Below, in pieces: positions 1 through 10,372 of a DNA stretch of 64,000 nt. The DNA is from a bacterium. GTDB taxonomy: Bacteria; UBA8248. Each line of letters begins with the position of its first letter. The stretch's first letter is position 1. Location of the stretch: assembly GCA_965261085.1 (NCBI GenBank), contig OZ253442.1, positions 1,248,001 through 1,312,000 on the forward strand. The letters are read 5' to 3'. The notes below the pieces were generated by a model, which saw only the letters and a program-made list of their open reading frames with translations, was not told the DNA's origin and ran no database searches. The position numbers and the translations under genes are program-made.

Positions 1-939
1 GCAATGATCGCCCAGCAGAATTTCCCGGCCCAGCAGATCGGCGGGCGCTACGTCCCAAAGCTTCAGGGGCGTCCCGTTGCCCAGGGACATGTTGAGCATC
101 TGGTTGAAGTCGCAGTCATACAGCACGCCGTCCCACCCCACGCTGATGAGGTTTCGGCACATCAGTTCGGGCAGCGTCCCGGGGTTGTAGGCTTCGCGCA
201 GCGTTGTCATGTAGGAATCCAGTTTGCCGTTCACCTTCAGATAACTGGCGAAACGGGTGATGGGCATGTTGGTGATGGTGTAGAGACGATGAAAGCGAAT
301 GCCGTAGCGCTTGAGGAGTTCGCGTTTGTAGTCCGCCTCGAGCGCCTCCTGGGGTGGCGGGAGATTATCATCCACGGGGTTATAGACGAGGTTTAAGGCC
401 AGGTCTCCCAGCGGGCCGAACCCCGCCTCGTTCAGGTCCCGGAGCGCGCGGATGGATTTTTCAAAAACGCCGTCTCCGCGCTGGGCATTCACGTTTTCCT
501 CGAGATAACAGGGCAGTGAGCAGATGAGCTCCACCCGGTTCTCGCGGTAGAAGTCGATCAAATCCTCCTGGCCCGGCTCGTAGACGACCGTGAGGTTGCA
601 ACGAACCATCACGTGGCGGCCCTTGCGGCGGGCAGAGGCGACGATGCGCCTGAAGTGAGGGTTGAGTTCGGGAGCTCCTCCCGTGACGTCGACGTTGGGT
701 ATCTGCGTATCCTCGAGCCATTCGATGATGCGGCTCGCCGTCTCCTCGGTCATGATCTCCTTTCGGTGCGGACCCGCGCCCACATGACAGTGCGCGCACT
801 TCTGGTTGCAGTACTTGCCCACGTTGATCTGCAGCGTGGAGAGTTCGGTGCGCTCCAGGCGGGGAACGTTCTCCTGAATGCGGTCTGCGAACTTTAGTGC
901 CCCGTTCGAGGACAGGGGCAAGGAAATGGATGCGGGCAT
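1..939 (-). CDS. arsS: Radical SAM / Cys-rich (DUF3641) protein, ArsS-like; 3' end runs off the window
   Basis: Not in the ORF track (no stop in window). Manual translation from ATG 939: LQINVGKYCNQKCAHCH (CxxxCxxC), VDVTGGAPELNP, LNLVYNP, LMCRNLISVGWDGVLYDCDFNQM, ending ...LGDHC at position 1. Confidence 0.85.
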   Translation of the reverse strand, partial: MPASISLPLSSNGALKFADRIQENVPRLERTELSTLQINVGKYCNQKCAHCHVGAGPHRKEIMTEETASRIIEWLEDTQIPNVDVTGGAPELNPHFRRIVASARRKGRHVMVRCNLTVVYEPGQEDLIDFYRENRVELICSLPCYLEENVNAQRGDGVFEKSIRALRDLNEAGFGPLGDLALNLVYNPVDDNLPPPQEALEADYKRELLKRYGIRFHRLYTITNMPITRFASYLKVNGKLDSYMTTLREAYNPGTLPELMCRNLISVGWDGVLYDCDFNQMLNMSLGNGTPLKLWDVAPADLLGREILLGDHC

Positions 940-982
940 TTTTTCTCCCGAAGCGGTGGCGTTGTTGGTCGTCTCTTTCAGT

Positions 983-1390
983 CTAGGCGGTTCTCACGAG
1001 TTTTCTGCGGAGTGATTTGATGCGCCTTCTCACGCGCTTGAGCTGAACGCCGTCTTTCGTCTCGATATGCTGATCCCGCGTGTTCTTGAGAGCTTTAATC
1101 TGTTGTTTGACGGCGCTTCTGTCGATTTTGGAGGTGCGCTTCGCCTCGATCAACGGAATGTCGTTTATCTCCTTGAGGGCCCGGATCAGCTGGGTTTTGT
1201 CCATGCCGTGGACGCCCGAAATCTTTCCGCCGTACGACAGAGCGGCTTCCTTGAGCTTGGGCACGTTCATCTTGTTGATCTCTTTCGCCGTCAAGACGGG
1301 ACCCTCGGGTTCGGGGGCCGCCGCTTCCTCTTGGGGAGCTTCCGCTTCCTGTTCGGTGGCTTCCGCTTCGTTTTTTTCTTCTTCCGCCAT
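983..1390 (-). CDS. Small protein with acidic N-terminal tail and Rho-termination-factor N-terminal-like helical domain
   Basis: KEINKMNVPKLKEAA...VHGMDKTQLIRAL resembles Rho_N; GGAG RBS at 1397-1400 favours ATG 1390. Confidence 0.65.
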   Translation of the reverse strand: MAEEEKNEAEATEQEAEAPQEEAAAPEPEGPVLTAKEINKMNVPKLKEAALSYGGKISGVHGMDKTQLIRALKEINDIPLIEAKRTSKIDRSAVKQQIKALKNTRDQHIETKDGVQLKRVRRRIKSLRRKLVRTA

Positions 1391-1739
1391 TTTCATCTCC
1401 AGTGAAAAACGATTTCGCCCCGATGCGTATCCAGTCGCATTCATGGGGGATGTCCGGCTGAATAGTTCCCGCTGATGCGGGCTGACCGCCAAACCTAGCA
1501 AAACGGGGTTTCTTGATCAATGGCGTCGGGGGAATGAGGCGCGCCGGGAGCAAAAAGGATTTTGAGAAAGGGCCGAATCGCACCGTGTCCGGGCGAGGCG
1601 GAATCGTTTCCCGGGGGGATTTATTCTCCAAATGCGTCGATAGACTCCTTGAGACTTGCCCGCTGGTGGCCGCAATGTTAGAAATTGGACATACATTATT
1701 TTGCAGCGCGAATTTTCACTGAACAAGAGAGGCGTGGCC

Positions 1740-2753
1740 GTGGCCGAGAAACTACTGGAAGTAAAAGATTTGGTGAAGTACTTCCCCGTTCGGGGGGGCG
1801 TATTCTCCCGGGTTCGCAACTATGTGCGCGCCGTGGACGGGGTGAGCTTCGATCTGGAGCCGGGCGAGACGCTCGGGCTGGTCGGGGAGAGCGGGTGCGG
1901 GAAATCGACCACCGGCCGGGCCATCCTGCGCCTCATCGAGCCGACGTCGGGCGAGGTGAACTTCGAGGGCACCGACGTCTGCTCCCTGAACAGGGAGTCG
2001 ATGCGCAAGCTGAGGCGGGAGATGCAAATCATCTTCCAGGACCCGTATGCGTCCCTGAACCCGCGCATGACGGTGGGCAGCATCGTCGGCGAGCCGTTGA
2101 CCATCCACGGCATCGCCAAGGGAAATGAAAAAAAAGAGCAAGTCGCCGCGCTCCTCCACCGGGTGGGCTTGAGGCCGGAGCATATACGGCGCTATCCGCA
2201 TGAGTTCTCGGGCGGACAGCGCCAGCGCATCGGCATCGCCCGCGCTCTGGCGCTCAACCCGAAGCTCATCATCGCGGACGAGCCCGTCAGCGCGCTTGAC
2301 GTGTCGATTCAGGCGCAGGTGATCAACCTGCTCGAAGACCTGCAAAAAGAGTTCGGAATCGCGTTTGTGCTCATCGCGCACGATCTGGCCGTCGTCCAGC
2401 ACGTGAGCGACCGCATCGCCGTCATGTATCTGGGCAAGATCGTGGAGATGGCCACGGCCGACAAGGTGGTGATGGAACCGAAGCATCCCTATACCGAGGC
2501 TCTGCTCTCCGCCGTGCCGATTCCCGACCCGACGCTCAAGAAAAAGCGCATGATCCTGACCGGCGACGTGCCCAGTCCCGTGAACCCTCCCTCGGGGTGC
2601 CGATTCCATACGAGATGCCCCTACAAGGAAGACAGGTGCGTCGCCGAGGAGCCGCCGATGCGGGAGATCGCGACGGGTCATTTCGCCGCGTGTCACTTCT
2701 CGGAAAAACTCTATGGCGGGGCGCCGATAACGAACGGGGCGCCCGCGGGCTAG
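1740..2753 (+). CDS. Oligopeptide/dipeptide ABC transporter ATP-binding subunit (OppF/DppF/AppF type)
   Basis: Walker [28 protein letters not shown]-terminal [12 protein letters not shown]; GTG 1740 follows AGAGG. Confidence 0.93.
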   Translation: MAEKLLEVKDLVKYFPVRGGVFSRVRNYVRAVDGVSFDLEPGETLGLVGESGCGKSTTGRAILRLIEPTSGEVNFEGTDVCSLNRESMRKLRREMQIIFQDPYASLNPRMTVGSIVGEPLTIHGIAKGNEKKEQVAALLHRVGLRPEHIRRYPHEFSGGQRQRIGIARALALNPKLIIADEPVSALDVSIQAQVINLLEDLQKEFGIAFVLIAHDLAVVQHVSDRIAVMYLGKIVEMATADKVVMEPKHPYTEALLSAVPIPDPTLKKKRMILTGDVPSPVNPPSGCRFHTRCPYKEDRCVAEEPPMREIATGHFAACHFSEKLYGGAPITNGAPAG

Positions 2754-2843
2754 ACGGTTCTACCCGTCGCCCGACGATGCGCGGGCGCATCGCTTTTCCT
2801 CAGGCGGGGCGCATCGCCCGGCGAGGGCATCGGTCGACGTGTG

Positions 2844-4412
2844 ATGGATGAGAATTCCAAAAAATCAATTTCCCCTCTCCTGCTTTTTGCGCTCATCACG
2901 GCCCTCTTTGCGGCGGGTGCGACCTATTTCGCCCATCGAGCCGTTCAGGGTGTGCTTCTGAGCCGACACGCCGAACGCGACGCAAGGCGCCTGCAGGACC
3001 TCAAAACCAGGATGCGTGGCCGCGTCGATTCGTTGGTCGGGAAGATTCAAGGGGCCGAGCTTCTGATGGCGGCGGTTTCGGGTGTCTCGAACAGGGAGGG
3101 GAAAGCGCTTTCTTTTCTCCTGGGCGGGGAATCCAGGGAATCCTTCGCCGCCTCGGCGCTGCTCGATGAGCGGGGAGGGATTGTGGACTCGCGCAGGGTG
3201 GGGAGGATGCCGCCCCCGGGAGCCGAGGAGAAGGGTCTCTGGTCGGGGGCGAGGCGTTCGCTCCTCTCCTTGATGAGGCGAGAAGGGGAGGCGGGACCGC
3301 CGAGGAGGAAATTCGACGTTCAATCGAGCACACTGAACGGCGCGCCGGTGGTGCTGGTGTTGGCCCCCTCGGCGTCGACCAAGGGTTTTTGGGGCGTCGT
3401 CACTTCCGCGGAATCCTTATTGCCCTTGCGAAAGAGCGAACTGGCTCCCGGTGAGAGCGTTTTTCTTTTGGCGGAACCCGAGCAGAAGGTGCTCTTCGCC
3501 AGGCGGGGGGAAAAGTTCTTCTCTGAGAGCATCGCAGGGGCCTTCAAGAAAGAACTCGCCTCTGCCCTCGGCATTGCGGTTTGCTGCGATTCCGCCGCGT
3601 TTAACGCCGCGAACGAGAACAAACGCTCGATGGCGCAGTCCATATTCTACCTCGGGGTGAGACGAATGCGCCTCGTCCACCTAGCGGAACGCTCGGGAAC
3701 GGGCGCCGGATTGACAATAATGGCTGGTGTGATGATGGCGGGCTGGCTCGCATCGCTCGCCTTGTTTTATTTCCTGAAACCCGGGGAGGAACACAAAACC
3801 GGAGTTCGCCAGACGAGTGAAGTCGGGGGGGACGAGGAGGCATCCGGGCGGCGGCTCGATTCGAATCAGCTCGCGCTCATTTGCAGGGTGAGCGAATCAG
3901 TCGCGGCAGGCGCGCACTTTAGCGACGTTATTCTCACCGTCGCGCGGGAGGGTTCCCGCTTTGTCTCGACCGACAGGTATTACGCCGCGTTGTACGACGA
4001 AGCGACGGAGCGGTTTCAGGAGGTTTGTTCCTCGCGCCTGGGCCAGGCCTACCGGCGCGCCATCACCTCCCCCGACTCCGGCCTGCCGGAGAGGATTGCC
4101 CTCAGGGAAAAAGAGATCGTCGAGGTGCCATGCACCGATGAATGGTACGGTGCGCCCGAAGTGCTGAAGGCTGAAAAAGTGGGTGGCGCCGTGGTCTTTC
4201 CGCTGGTCGCGCTGGGAAAAGTGGTGGGGCTGGCCTCCTTTTATTTCGATGCCCCCCGGGAGATGACCGATGAGGAGGTCGACTATTGCGCCGTCCTCCT
4301 TCAGCAGGCCGCCGTGGCCATATCGCGGGCCCTGGCCGCCTCCCCGCAGGCCGCCGCTCGCAGGATCCCCCCGGCGGATTCGCCCAAAGACGCAAGCGAA
4401 GATGAGGCGTAG
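2844..4412 (+). CDS. Membrane-anchored protein with extracytoplasmic region and C-terminal GAF domain
   Basis: Two hydrophobic segments flanking a ~250 aa loop; C-terminal FPLVALGKVVGLASFYFDAPREMTDEEVDY..LLQQAAVAI is GAF-like. Confidence 0.65.
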   Translation: MDENSKKSISPLLLFALITALFAAGATYFAHRAVQGVLLSRHAERDARRLQDLKTRMRGRVDSLVGKIQGAELLMAAVSGVSNREGKALSFLLGGESRESFAASALLDERGGIVDSRRVGRMPPPGAEEKGLWSGARRSLLSLMRREGEAGPPRRKFDVQSSTLNGAPVVLVLAPSASTKGFWGVVTSAESLLPLRKSELAPGESVFLLAEPEQKVLFARRGEKFFSESIAGAFKKELASALGIAVCCDSAAFNAANENKRSMAQSIFYLGVRRMRLVHLAERSGTGAGLTIMAGVMMAGWLASLALFYFLKPGEEHKTGVRQTSEVGGDEEASGRRLDSNQLALICRVSESVAAGAHFSDVILTVAREGSRFVSTDRYYAALYDEATERFQEVCSSRLGQAYRRAITSPDSGLPERIALREKEIVEVPCTDEWYGAPEVLKAEKVGGAVVFPLVALGKVVGLASFYFDAPREMTDEEVDYCAVLLQQAAVAISRALAASPQAAARRIPPADSPKDASEDEA

Positions 4413-4421
4413 CGAGAAAAG

Positions 4422-5099
4422 ATGAACGAGGCGAGGCTGCGGCCGAAGGATTTTGAGGCTCTCTACGCGGATTTAGCGAGTCCGCCCGCGCGGTTCGACT
4501 GCGGAAAAAAATGCGCGCCCTTTAATGAGGGCGTCCCTTTTTGCTGCGATTCGGGCTGGGTGGTTCCCGTCGCCTACCGCAAGGAATGGAGATTTCTTGA
4601 ACCGCGCACGCGGCTCTGGCACGAGTTCAGGCCGCGCTCGGCGTCTGAACTCGCGATGGTCGAAGAAGTCGACGAGGAACAGAGCGTGTTCATCGAGTGC
4701 CGGGGCGTCGCGCATTGCGAACGGGAAAACCGCTCCGTCTCGTGCCGCACGTTTCCCTATGAACCCTATTTTGATGGCGAGGAGAATTTTCTGGGCCTGG
4801 TCTACAACCGGGTGCTGGAGGGAAAATGCTACCTTGTGGATCGCCACCGCGTGGCGACGAAAAAGTTCGTCGGTGAGTTTATCCGCTTCTTCAACCGGCT
4901 TTTCGAATTGCTGCCCGTCGAACGCGAACTTTATATCGGACAAAGCAGGCGCTATCGCCAAAAGATGAGCAGGCAGAAAAAGCCCCTCGTGGTCTTGACG
5001 TCCGAGGGTCCATACGAGGCGGCCTACCGGGGCGGAAAGCTCATCGGGCCCTGGCGGGAGCCCGACCCTCCCGAGAGCGCGTATCGGCCCGGGGGCTGA
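4422..5099 (+). CDS. Cys-rich conserved hypothetical protein (possible Fe-S/Zn, YkgJ-like)
   Basis: DCGKKCAP..PFCCD, ECRGVAHCER..SCRTFPY, GKCYL; starts 9 bp after the GAF gene. Confidence 0.6.
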   Translation: MNEARLRPKDFEALYADLASPPARFDCGKKCAPFNEGVPFCCDSGWVVPVAYRKEWRFLEPRTRLWHEFRPRSASELAMVEEVDEEQSVFIECRGVAHCERENRSVSCRTFPYEPYFDGEENFLGLVYNRVLEGKCYLVDRHRVATKKFVGEFIRFFNRLFELLPVERELYIGQSRRYRQKMSRQKKPLVVLTSEGPYEAAYRGGKLIGPWREPDPPESAYRPGG

Positions 5100-5130
5100 T
5101 GGGGCTTTACCGTTGGAATATATGTGTAAT

Positions 5131-5155
5131 CACTCCCCCCTTGAAGGGGGAGTGA
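5131..5155. repeat. GC palindrome CACTCCCCCCTTGAAGGGGGAGTG, same family as the ends of 19440-19597
   Basis: Near-identical to the left end at 19443-19464; lies between convergent genes. Confidence 0.65.
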
Positions 5156-5207
5156 TTTTCGTTATAGTCGTCATCCCCGAATTAACGCCCACGCCCCGCG
5201 GCTGCGC

Positions 5208-6416
5208 TCAATCACCCATCTCCTCGGCCATGTCGGCGATGGCCTTTCCGATCATCAGAGACGCCGTCGCACCCGGCGAGGGGGCGTTGCACACGTGGAC
5301 CGCGCCCTCCGTCCGGATGATGGAGAAATCATCGAGCAGGCCGCCGGCCCGGTCCACCGCCTGCGCGCGAACGCCCGCTCCTGCGGGAACGAGGTCTGAT
5401 TCGCGAATCTCGGGCATGAGCTTTTGCAGCGCGCGCGTGAAGGCGGACTTGCTGATGGAGCGGACCATCTCGCCCAGCCCCGTCTTCCAGTATTTAAGAG
5501 CCAGCTTCAAGAAGCCGGGGTAGGTGAGGGTTTCGAAGAGATCGTAGGGGTCGATGCGCGTTTTCGTATAACCCTCTCGCATGTAGGCCAAAACGGCGTT
5601 CGGCCCCGCTTCGACGCTCCCGTCCACGCGGCGGGTGAAGTGCACTCCCAGAAAGGGAAACGCGGGGTCCGGCACCGGGTAGATCAGGCTCTTGACGAGC
5701 GAGCGGCGCTCGGGCGTGAGTTCGTAATACTCACCCCGAAAGGGCACGATCTTCATCGGCGGCGCACCGCCCGCGAGCTTCGCTATCCTATCGGCGTAAA
5801 GTCCCGCGCAGTTCACGATGAGTTTTCCCGCGAAATCCCCCGCCGTCGTCTCGACGAGTTTTTCTCTTCCCGCGACGGCGATGCCGGTGACTTGCGTGGA
5901 GGTCTCGATTCTCTGCCCCGCTTCGGTGACGATGCGCGCATAGGCGCGCACGACGGCGCCATAGTCGATGATGCCGGTGGAGGGCACCCGAAGGGCCTTG
6001 ACGCCACGGGTATGGGGCTCGATTTCCCGGAGTTCTTCGGGTCCCAGAACAGCGATGTTCTCGATGCCGTTCGCTACGCCCCGGCGGCGTAGTTCCTCGA
6101 GCCGGGAGATTTCCGCCTCGGTGGTGGCGACGACCACCTTCCCGCAAATCTCATGGTCGATGCCGTGCTCTTGCGCAAAACGCACCATGGCCGCCGCGCC
6201 CTCCACACAGGTCTTCGCCTTGAGCGAGCCGGGGCGGTAGTAGAGTCCGGCATGAATTACGCCGCTGTTGTGGAGCGACTGGTGGCGGCCGACGCCGGCC
6301 TCTTTCTCCAGGACGAGGACGCGCTTGCGGGAATGGCGGCGGGTGATCTCCATGGCGGTGGAAAGACCGAGTATGCCGCCCCCGATGACGATGACGTCCC
6401 ACGCTGTCCGGTTCAT
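5208..6416 (-). CDS. lhgO: L-2-hydroxyglutarate oxidase
   Basis: GGGILG FAD motif, HNSGVIHAGLYY, FRGEYY, IYPVPDPAFPFLGVHFT, GVRAQA, NAPSPGATASL. Confidence 0.9.
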   Translation of the reverse strand: MNRTAWDVIVIGGGILGLSTAMEITRRHSRKRVLVLEKEAGVGRHQSLHNSGVIHAGLYYRPGSLKAKTCVEGAAAMVRFAQEHGIDHEICGKVVVATTEAEISRLEELRRRGVANGIENIAVLGPEELREIEPHTRGVKALRVPSTGIIDYGAVVRAYARIVTEAGQRIETSTQVTGIAVAGREKLVETTAGDFAGKLIVNCAGLYADRIAKLAGGAPPMKIVPFRGEYYELTPERRSLVKSLIYPVPDPAFPFLGVHFTRRVDGSVEAGPNAVLAYMREGYTKTRIDPYDLFETLTYPGFLKLALKYWKTGLGEMVRSISKSAFTRALQKLMPEIRESDLVPAGAGVRAQAVDRAGGLLDDFSIIRTEGAVHVCNAPSPGATASLMIGKAIADMAEEMGD

Positions 6417-6498
6417 TGTCCGACCTCGAAGCCAGAATAAGATAAAGACGAGAAATTTTCAGGCGAAAAGGATACCCCAACGAGGCGCAAATGGCTTG

Positions 6499-6527
6499 TT
6501 GACAACAGGTTTTTCGCTCTTTATCCT
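6499..6527 (+). promoter_or_regulatory. Putative sigma70 promoter of the TAXI operon
   Basis: TTGACA-17 bp-TATCCT upstream of ATG 6703. Confidence 0.5.
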
Positions 6528-6702
6528 TCAAATAGGCAATCATCCATAGAAAAAGAATTTGCAAAGACATAACTCAGAGGTTTTCCGAAGAATTCGCCAT
6601 CCACAAGGAGCACCTGTGGATGCCGTTTACACATTGGAAACGCTCATCAGCAATACTTGGTAAGTCTATTATCTACTTCACCTCACTCAAGGAGAATATC
6701 CG

Positions 6703-7671
6703 ATGAAAAAAGCAATGAAGTTTCTGCTCGCTTCGGTAGTGGCGGTTTCGATCGCGGGCGTGGCGGTTCCGGCGAGCGCCGCGAAGTTCCTGGTGGTCGG
6801 CGGCGGCTCCACCACGGGCGTGTACTACCAGGTGGCTCTCAACGTCTGCAAGCTGGTGAACAAGGGCTTGAAGAGCAAGGGCTATAACTGCATCGGCCGT
6901 CCCGCGCTGGGTTCGGTGTTCAACATCAACGCCATCAAGCGCGGCCTGCTGAACTTCGGCGTCGCCCAGTCCGACAGGAACTTTCAGGCGTATAACGGCA
7001 CGGCCGACTGGAAGGGCAAAGCCTACAAGGGTCTCAGGAGCGTCTTCAGCGTTCACCCGGAAACCATCATGCTTGTCGCGCGCGCGGATTCGGGCATCAT
7101 GAAGGTATCGGACATCAAGGGACGCCGCATCAACATCGGCAACCCCGGCTCCGGCCAGCGCGGAAACGCGACGGACATTCTGCGCATCTACGGCATCAAT
7201 AAAGACAAGGACATCAAAGCCGAGGGCTTGCAGCAGGGCGGGGCGAACCGCGCGCTGGTGGACAAGAAGATCGACGCGTTCTTCTACACCGTCGGCAACC
7301 CCTGGGGCGGCGGTCTCGAGATCTCCAACAGCACGGCTATTCGCATGATTCCCGTTAACTCCATGGGCATCCAGAAGCTCGTGGCCGGCAAGCCCTACTA
7401 CGTGATGACGAACATCCCGGGCGGCATTTACAAGGGCGTCGACAAGGACGTGCCCACCTACGCGGTGAAGGCCACCTTCGTGACCGGCGCCAAGCAGCCC
7501 AACGACGTGGTCTACAACGTCGTGAAGACCATCTTCGATAATCTCGACCAGCTCCGCGCCACACACGCGGCGTTCAAGTACCTGACGAAGAAAGACATGC
7601 TCGGGGGCCTCTCGGCTCCCTTCCATCCGGGCGCAACGCGGTATTACAAGGAAAAAGGCCTGATGAAGTAG
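6703..7671 (+). CDS. TAXI-family TRAP transporter solute-binding protein
   Basis: Signal peptide, GSTTGVYYQVA, GSVFNI, AQSD, IGNPGSGQR, PFHPGA.RYYKEKG. Confidence 0.93.
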   Translation: MKKAMKFLLASVVAVSIAGVAVPASAAKFLVVGGGSTTGVYYQVALNVCKLVNKGLKSKGYNCIGRPALGSVFNINAIKRGLLNFGVAQSDRNFQAYNGTADWKGKAYKGLRSVFSVHPETIMLVARADSGIMKVSDIKGRRINIGNPGSGQRGNATDILRIYGINKDKDIKAEGLQQGGANRALVDKKIDAFFYTVGNPWGGGLEISNSTAIRMIPVNSMGIQKLVAGKPYYVMTNIPGGIYKGVDKDVPTYAVKATFVTGAKQPNDVVYNVVKTIFDNLDQLRATHAAFKYLTKKDMLGGLSAPFHPGATRYYKEKGLMK

Positions 7672-7786
7672 TAGTTTGCAAGAATATCCACCGCATGGGC
7701 CGGGGGGCGCTTCGCCTCCCGGTCTCGTGTGGTGATTCGAGTTTCATTCTTTCATGAAGTGAGGAAATTGTTTGAGGGGCGGATGA

Positions 7787-10036
7787 ATGAGCGAGCCGGG
7801 TGATTCCGCAGACGTTTTGGGCGCAGAGATCGACGAAGAATCCAAGCGGGCAGGGGAGGAAATCGCCGCAGAAGCTGAATCCGGCGGGCGGCAGCCCAAG
7901 AACCTCACGGCTTGGCTCGTCTCGGTTCTGGCGATCTCCTGGTCCTGTTTTCAGCTCTACATCGCCTACACCCCCCTGAACTCCATCATCGCCAGAAGCA
8001 TCCATCTCACCTTCGCCATCATGATGGTCTATCTGGCCTTCCCGGGGACGAAAAAGCCCGGTGAGAGTTGGGTTCAGCGCGTATCTCTCCAGCTTTTCCC
8101 CGGTTTCTTGCGGCCCCAGCGCTCCACGCGGGAGGTCATCCCCTGGTACGACTACGCGCTGGCGATCATCGCAGGCATGGGCGCGCTCTACATGGCCTGG
8201 GACTACGTGAACATCATCCAGCGCTCGGGCCTTCCCATTCAGCGCGACGTCATCATAGGGGCGATTCTCGTCGTTCTCCTGCTGGAAGCGGCGCGCCGCG
8301 CGCTCGGGCCCGCACTACCGATTCTCGCCATCCTATTCTTGCTTTATTGTTTCGTGGGTCCCTATATGCCCTCGTTCATCGCGCATCCGGGCATTCCGCT
8401 CGAATTCGTCGTGGACCACATGTATCTGAGCGACAGCGGCATCTGGGGCGTGCCCATCGGGGTGTCGACGAGCTTCGTGTTCCTCTTCGTGCTGTTCGGC
8501 TCCCTGCTCGACAAGGCGGGGGCGGCGAACTACTTCGTGCAGGTGGCCTTCGCGGCGCTGGGCCGCTTCAGGGGCGGACCCGCCAAGGCGGCCGTGGTCG
8601 CCTCAGGGATGACGGGTCTTGTTTCGGGCTCATCCATCGCGAACGTGGCGACGACGGGCACCTTCACGATTCCGCTGATGAAAAAAGTGGGCCTACCCGA
8701 CTACAAGGCGGGCGCCGTGGAGGTGGCCGCGAGCACGAACGGACAGCTCATGCCGCCGGTCATGGGCGCCGCCGCGTTCATCATGGCGGAATTTCTGGGT
8801 CTGGCCTATCTCGACGTGGTGCGCGCCGCCATACTGCCGGCCCTGCTCTCCTATATCGCCCTTTTCTACGTGGTTCACCTGGAAGCGCTCAAGCTCGACT
8901 TGAGGCCGCTCGAAGCGGATGAGTTGCCCGCTTTCTGGAACACGCTCATCAGCGGCATCCACTACGTCGTTCCCATCCTGGCTTTGATCTACACGCTGGT
9001 CATCCTGCGCATGTCGGCCGTGGCGTCCGCGTTCAACGCGATTCTGCTGACCATGGCGATCATCGTGGTTCAGCGTCCCATGCAAAACACCATCGCCGTC
9101 CTGCGCGACATGAAGCGGGAGAAGAACGTCGCCCACCTGCGCGAGCTATTCGGCGAAGCGCATTTCAATGAATTGGAAGATCGCCTCTGGTACGGGGTGC
9201 TCGCAGGCTTCGGCCAGAGCTTCGGCGACGTGTGGCAGGGCATGCTGGCGGGGGCCAAGAACATGATGGGCATCGGCGTGGCGACCGCGGCGGCGGGCAT
9301 CATCGTCGGCACCGTCACGCTCACCGGTCTCAGCGGCCGCTTCATCGAGCTTATTGAAATCGTTTCTCTGGGCAACGTGGTGCTCATGCTCCTGCTCACC
9401 GCGATATGCTCCCTCGTCCTGGGGATGGGACTGCCCACGACGGCGAACTACATCGTCATGGCGACGCTCACCGCGCCCGTCATCGTGAGCCTGGGCGCCA
9501 AGTCGGGCCTCGTGGTGCCGCTGCTCGCGGCCCATCTGTTCGTCTTTTATTTCGGCATCCTGGCCGACGATACGCCGCCCGTGGGTCTCGCCGCGTTCGC
9601 CGCCTCGGCGATAGCCAAGTCAGACCCCATCCAGACGGGCGTGCAGGGCTTCGTCTACGACTTGCGGACCGCCGTCCTACCGTTCGTGTTCATCTACAAC
9701 CTCGAGTTGTTGATGATGCAGGGGGTCGGCCCCAAGGGAGAGATCATCTGGATCAACGACGTGATGAAAATCGCCTGGGTGTGCTTTGTCTCCCTTGTGG
9801 CGATTTTCGCCTTCGCGTCTGCGCTTCAGGGTTATTTCGCCGATAATTGCAACTGGGGCGAGCGGGCGCTCTTGATGGTGGTGAGCATCGCGGCGTTCCG
9901 GCCCTCGCTCATAACGGGCTTCACGGGCGGGCCGCGCCCCGTCGTGCAGCTTCTGGCGGTGGCGGTGTTCGCCGCCTTGTACTGGTATCAGCACAGCAGG
10001 CGAAAAGGGCAAACGGCGCAGCCCGCGCCCGCCTGA
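7787..10036 (+). CDS. TRAP transporter fused 4TM/12TM permease (TAXI type)
   Basis: GGPAKAAVV, SGSSIANV, STNGQLMPPVMGAAAF, GMGLPTTANY, TPPVGLAAF. Confidence 0.93.
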   Translation: MSEPGDSADVLGAEIDEESKRAGEEIAAEAESGGRQPKNLTAWLVSVLAISWSCFQLYIAYTPLNSIIARSIHLTFAIMMVYLAFPGTKKPGESWVQRVSLQLFPGFLRPQRSTREVIPWYDYALAIIAGMGALYMAWDYVNIIQRSGLPIQRDVIIGAILVVLLLEAARRALGPALPILAILFLLYCFVGPYMPSFIAHPGIPLEFVVDHMYLSDSGIWGVPIGVSTSFVFLFVLFGSLLDKAGAANYFVQVAFAALGRFRGGPAKAAVVASGMTGLVSGSSIANVATTGTFTIPLMKKVGLPDYKAGAVEVAASTNGQLMPPVMGAAAFIMAEFLGLAYLDVVRAAILPALLSYIALFYVVHLEALKLDLRPLEADELPAFWNTLISGIHYVVPILALIYTLVILRMSAVASAFNAILLTMAIIVVQRPMQNTIAVLRDMKREKNVAHLRELFGEAHFNELEDRLWYGVLAGFGQSFGDVWQGMLAGAKNMMGIGVATAAAGIIVGTVTLTGLSGRFIELIEIVSLGNVVLMLLLTAICSLVLGMGLPTTANYIVMATLTAPVIVSLGAKSGLVVPLLAAHLFVFYFGILADDTPPVGLAAFAASAIAKSDPIQTGVQGFVYDLRTAVLPFVFIYNLELLMMQGVGPKGEIIWINDVMKIAWVCFVSLVAIFAFASALQGYFADNCNWGERALLMVVSIAAFRPSLITGFTGGPRPVVQLLAVAVFAALYWYQHSRRKGQTAQPAPA

Positions 10037-10128
10037 CGCGCGTAGGCCTGTCGGCTCCCGTTCATTTCGGTTTTTCTCCCCTTTGGTTCCAGTGCGAGAA
10101 AGGGTTGTGGTACGCTAGGCCGCCTCAT

Positions 10129-10205
<77 letters not shown>

Positions 10206-10372
10206 TGTGAAATCCCCTCTATGATGCCCCTCCCAAGCCGAGAGGGAAGCGCTTCCTCAAATCGTGAAATTACCCCTTTCCGCACTGCGCAAACGCGATA
10301 AATTCTGATATCTTAGGGGCGGATGAATCTCCCTTATTCTTGAATCGTTGTATTTTTCACAGGAGCCTGTAC

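Noticed and set aside
5097-5130. Sec read-through at other TGA stops (5097, 11558, 14773, 57792)
   Set aside because: Each protein is already complete at the TGA, with no conserved downstream extension or SECIS-like hairpin recognised.
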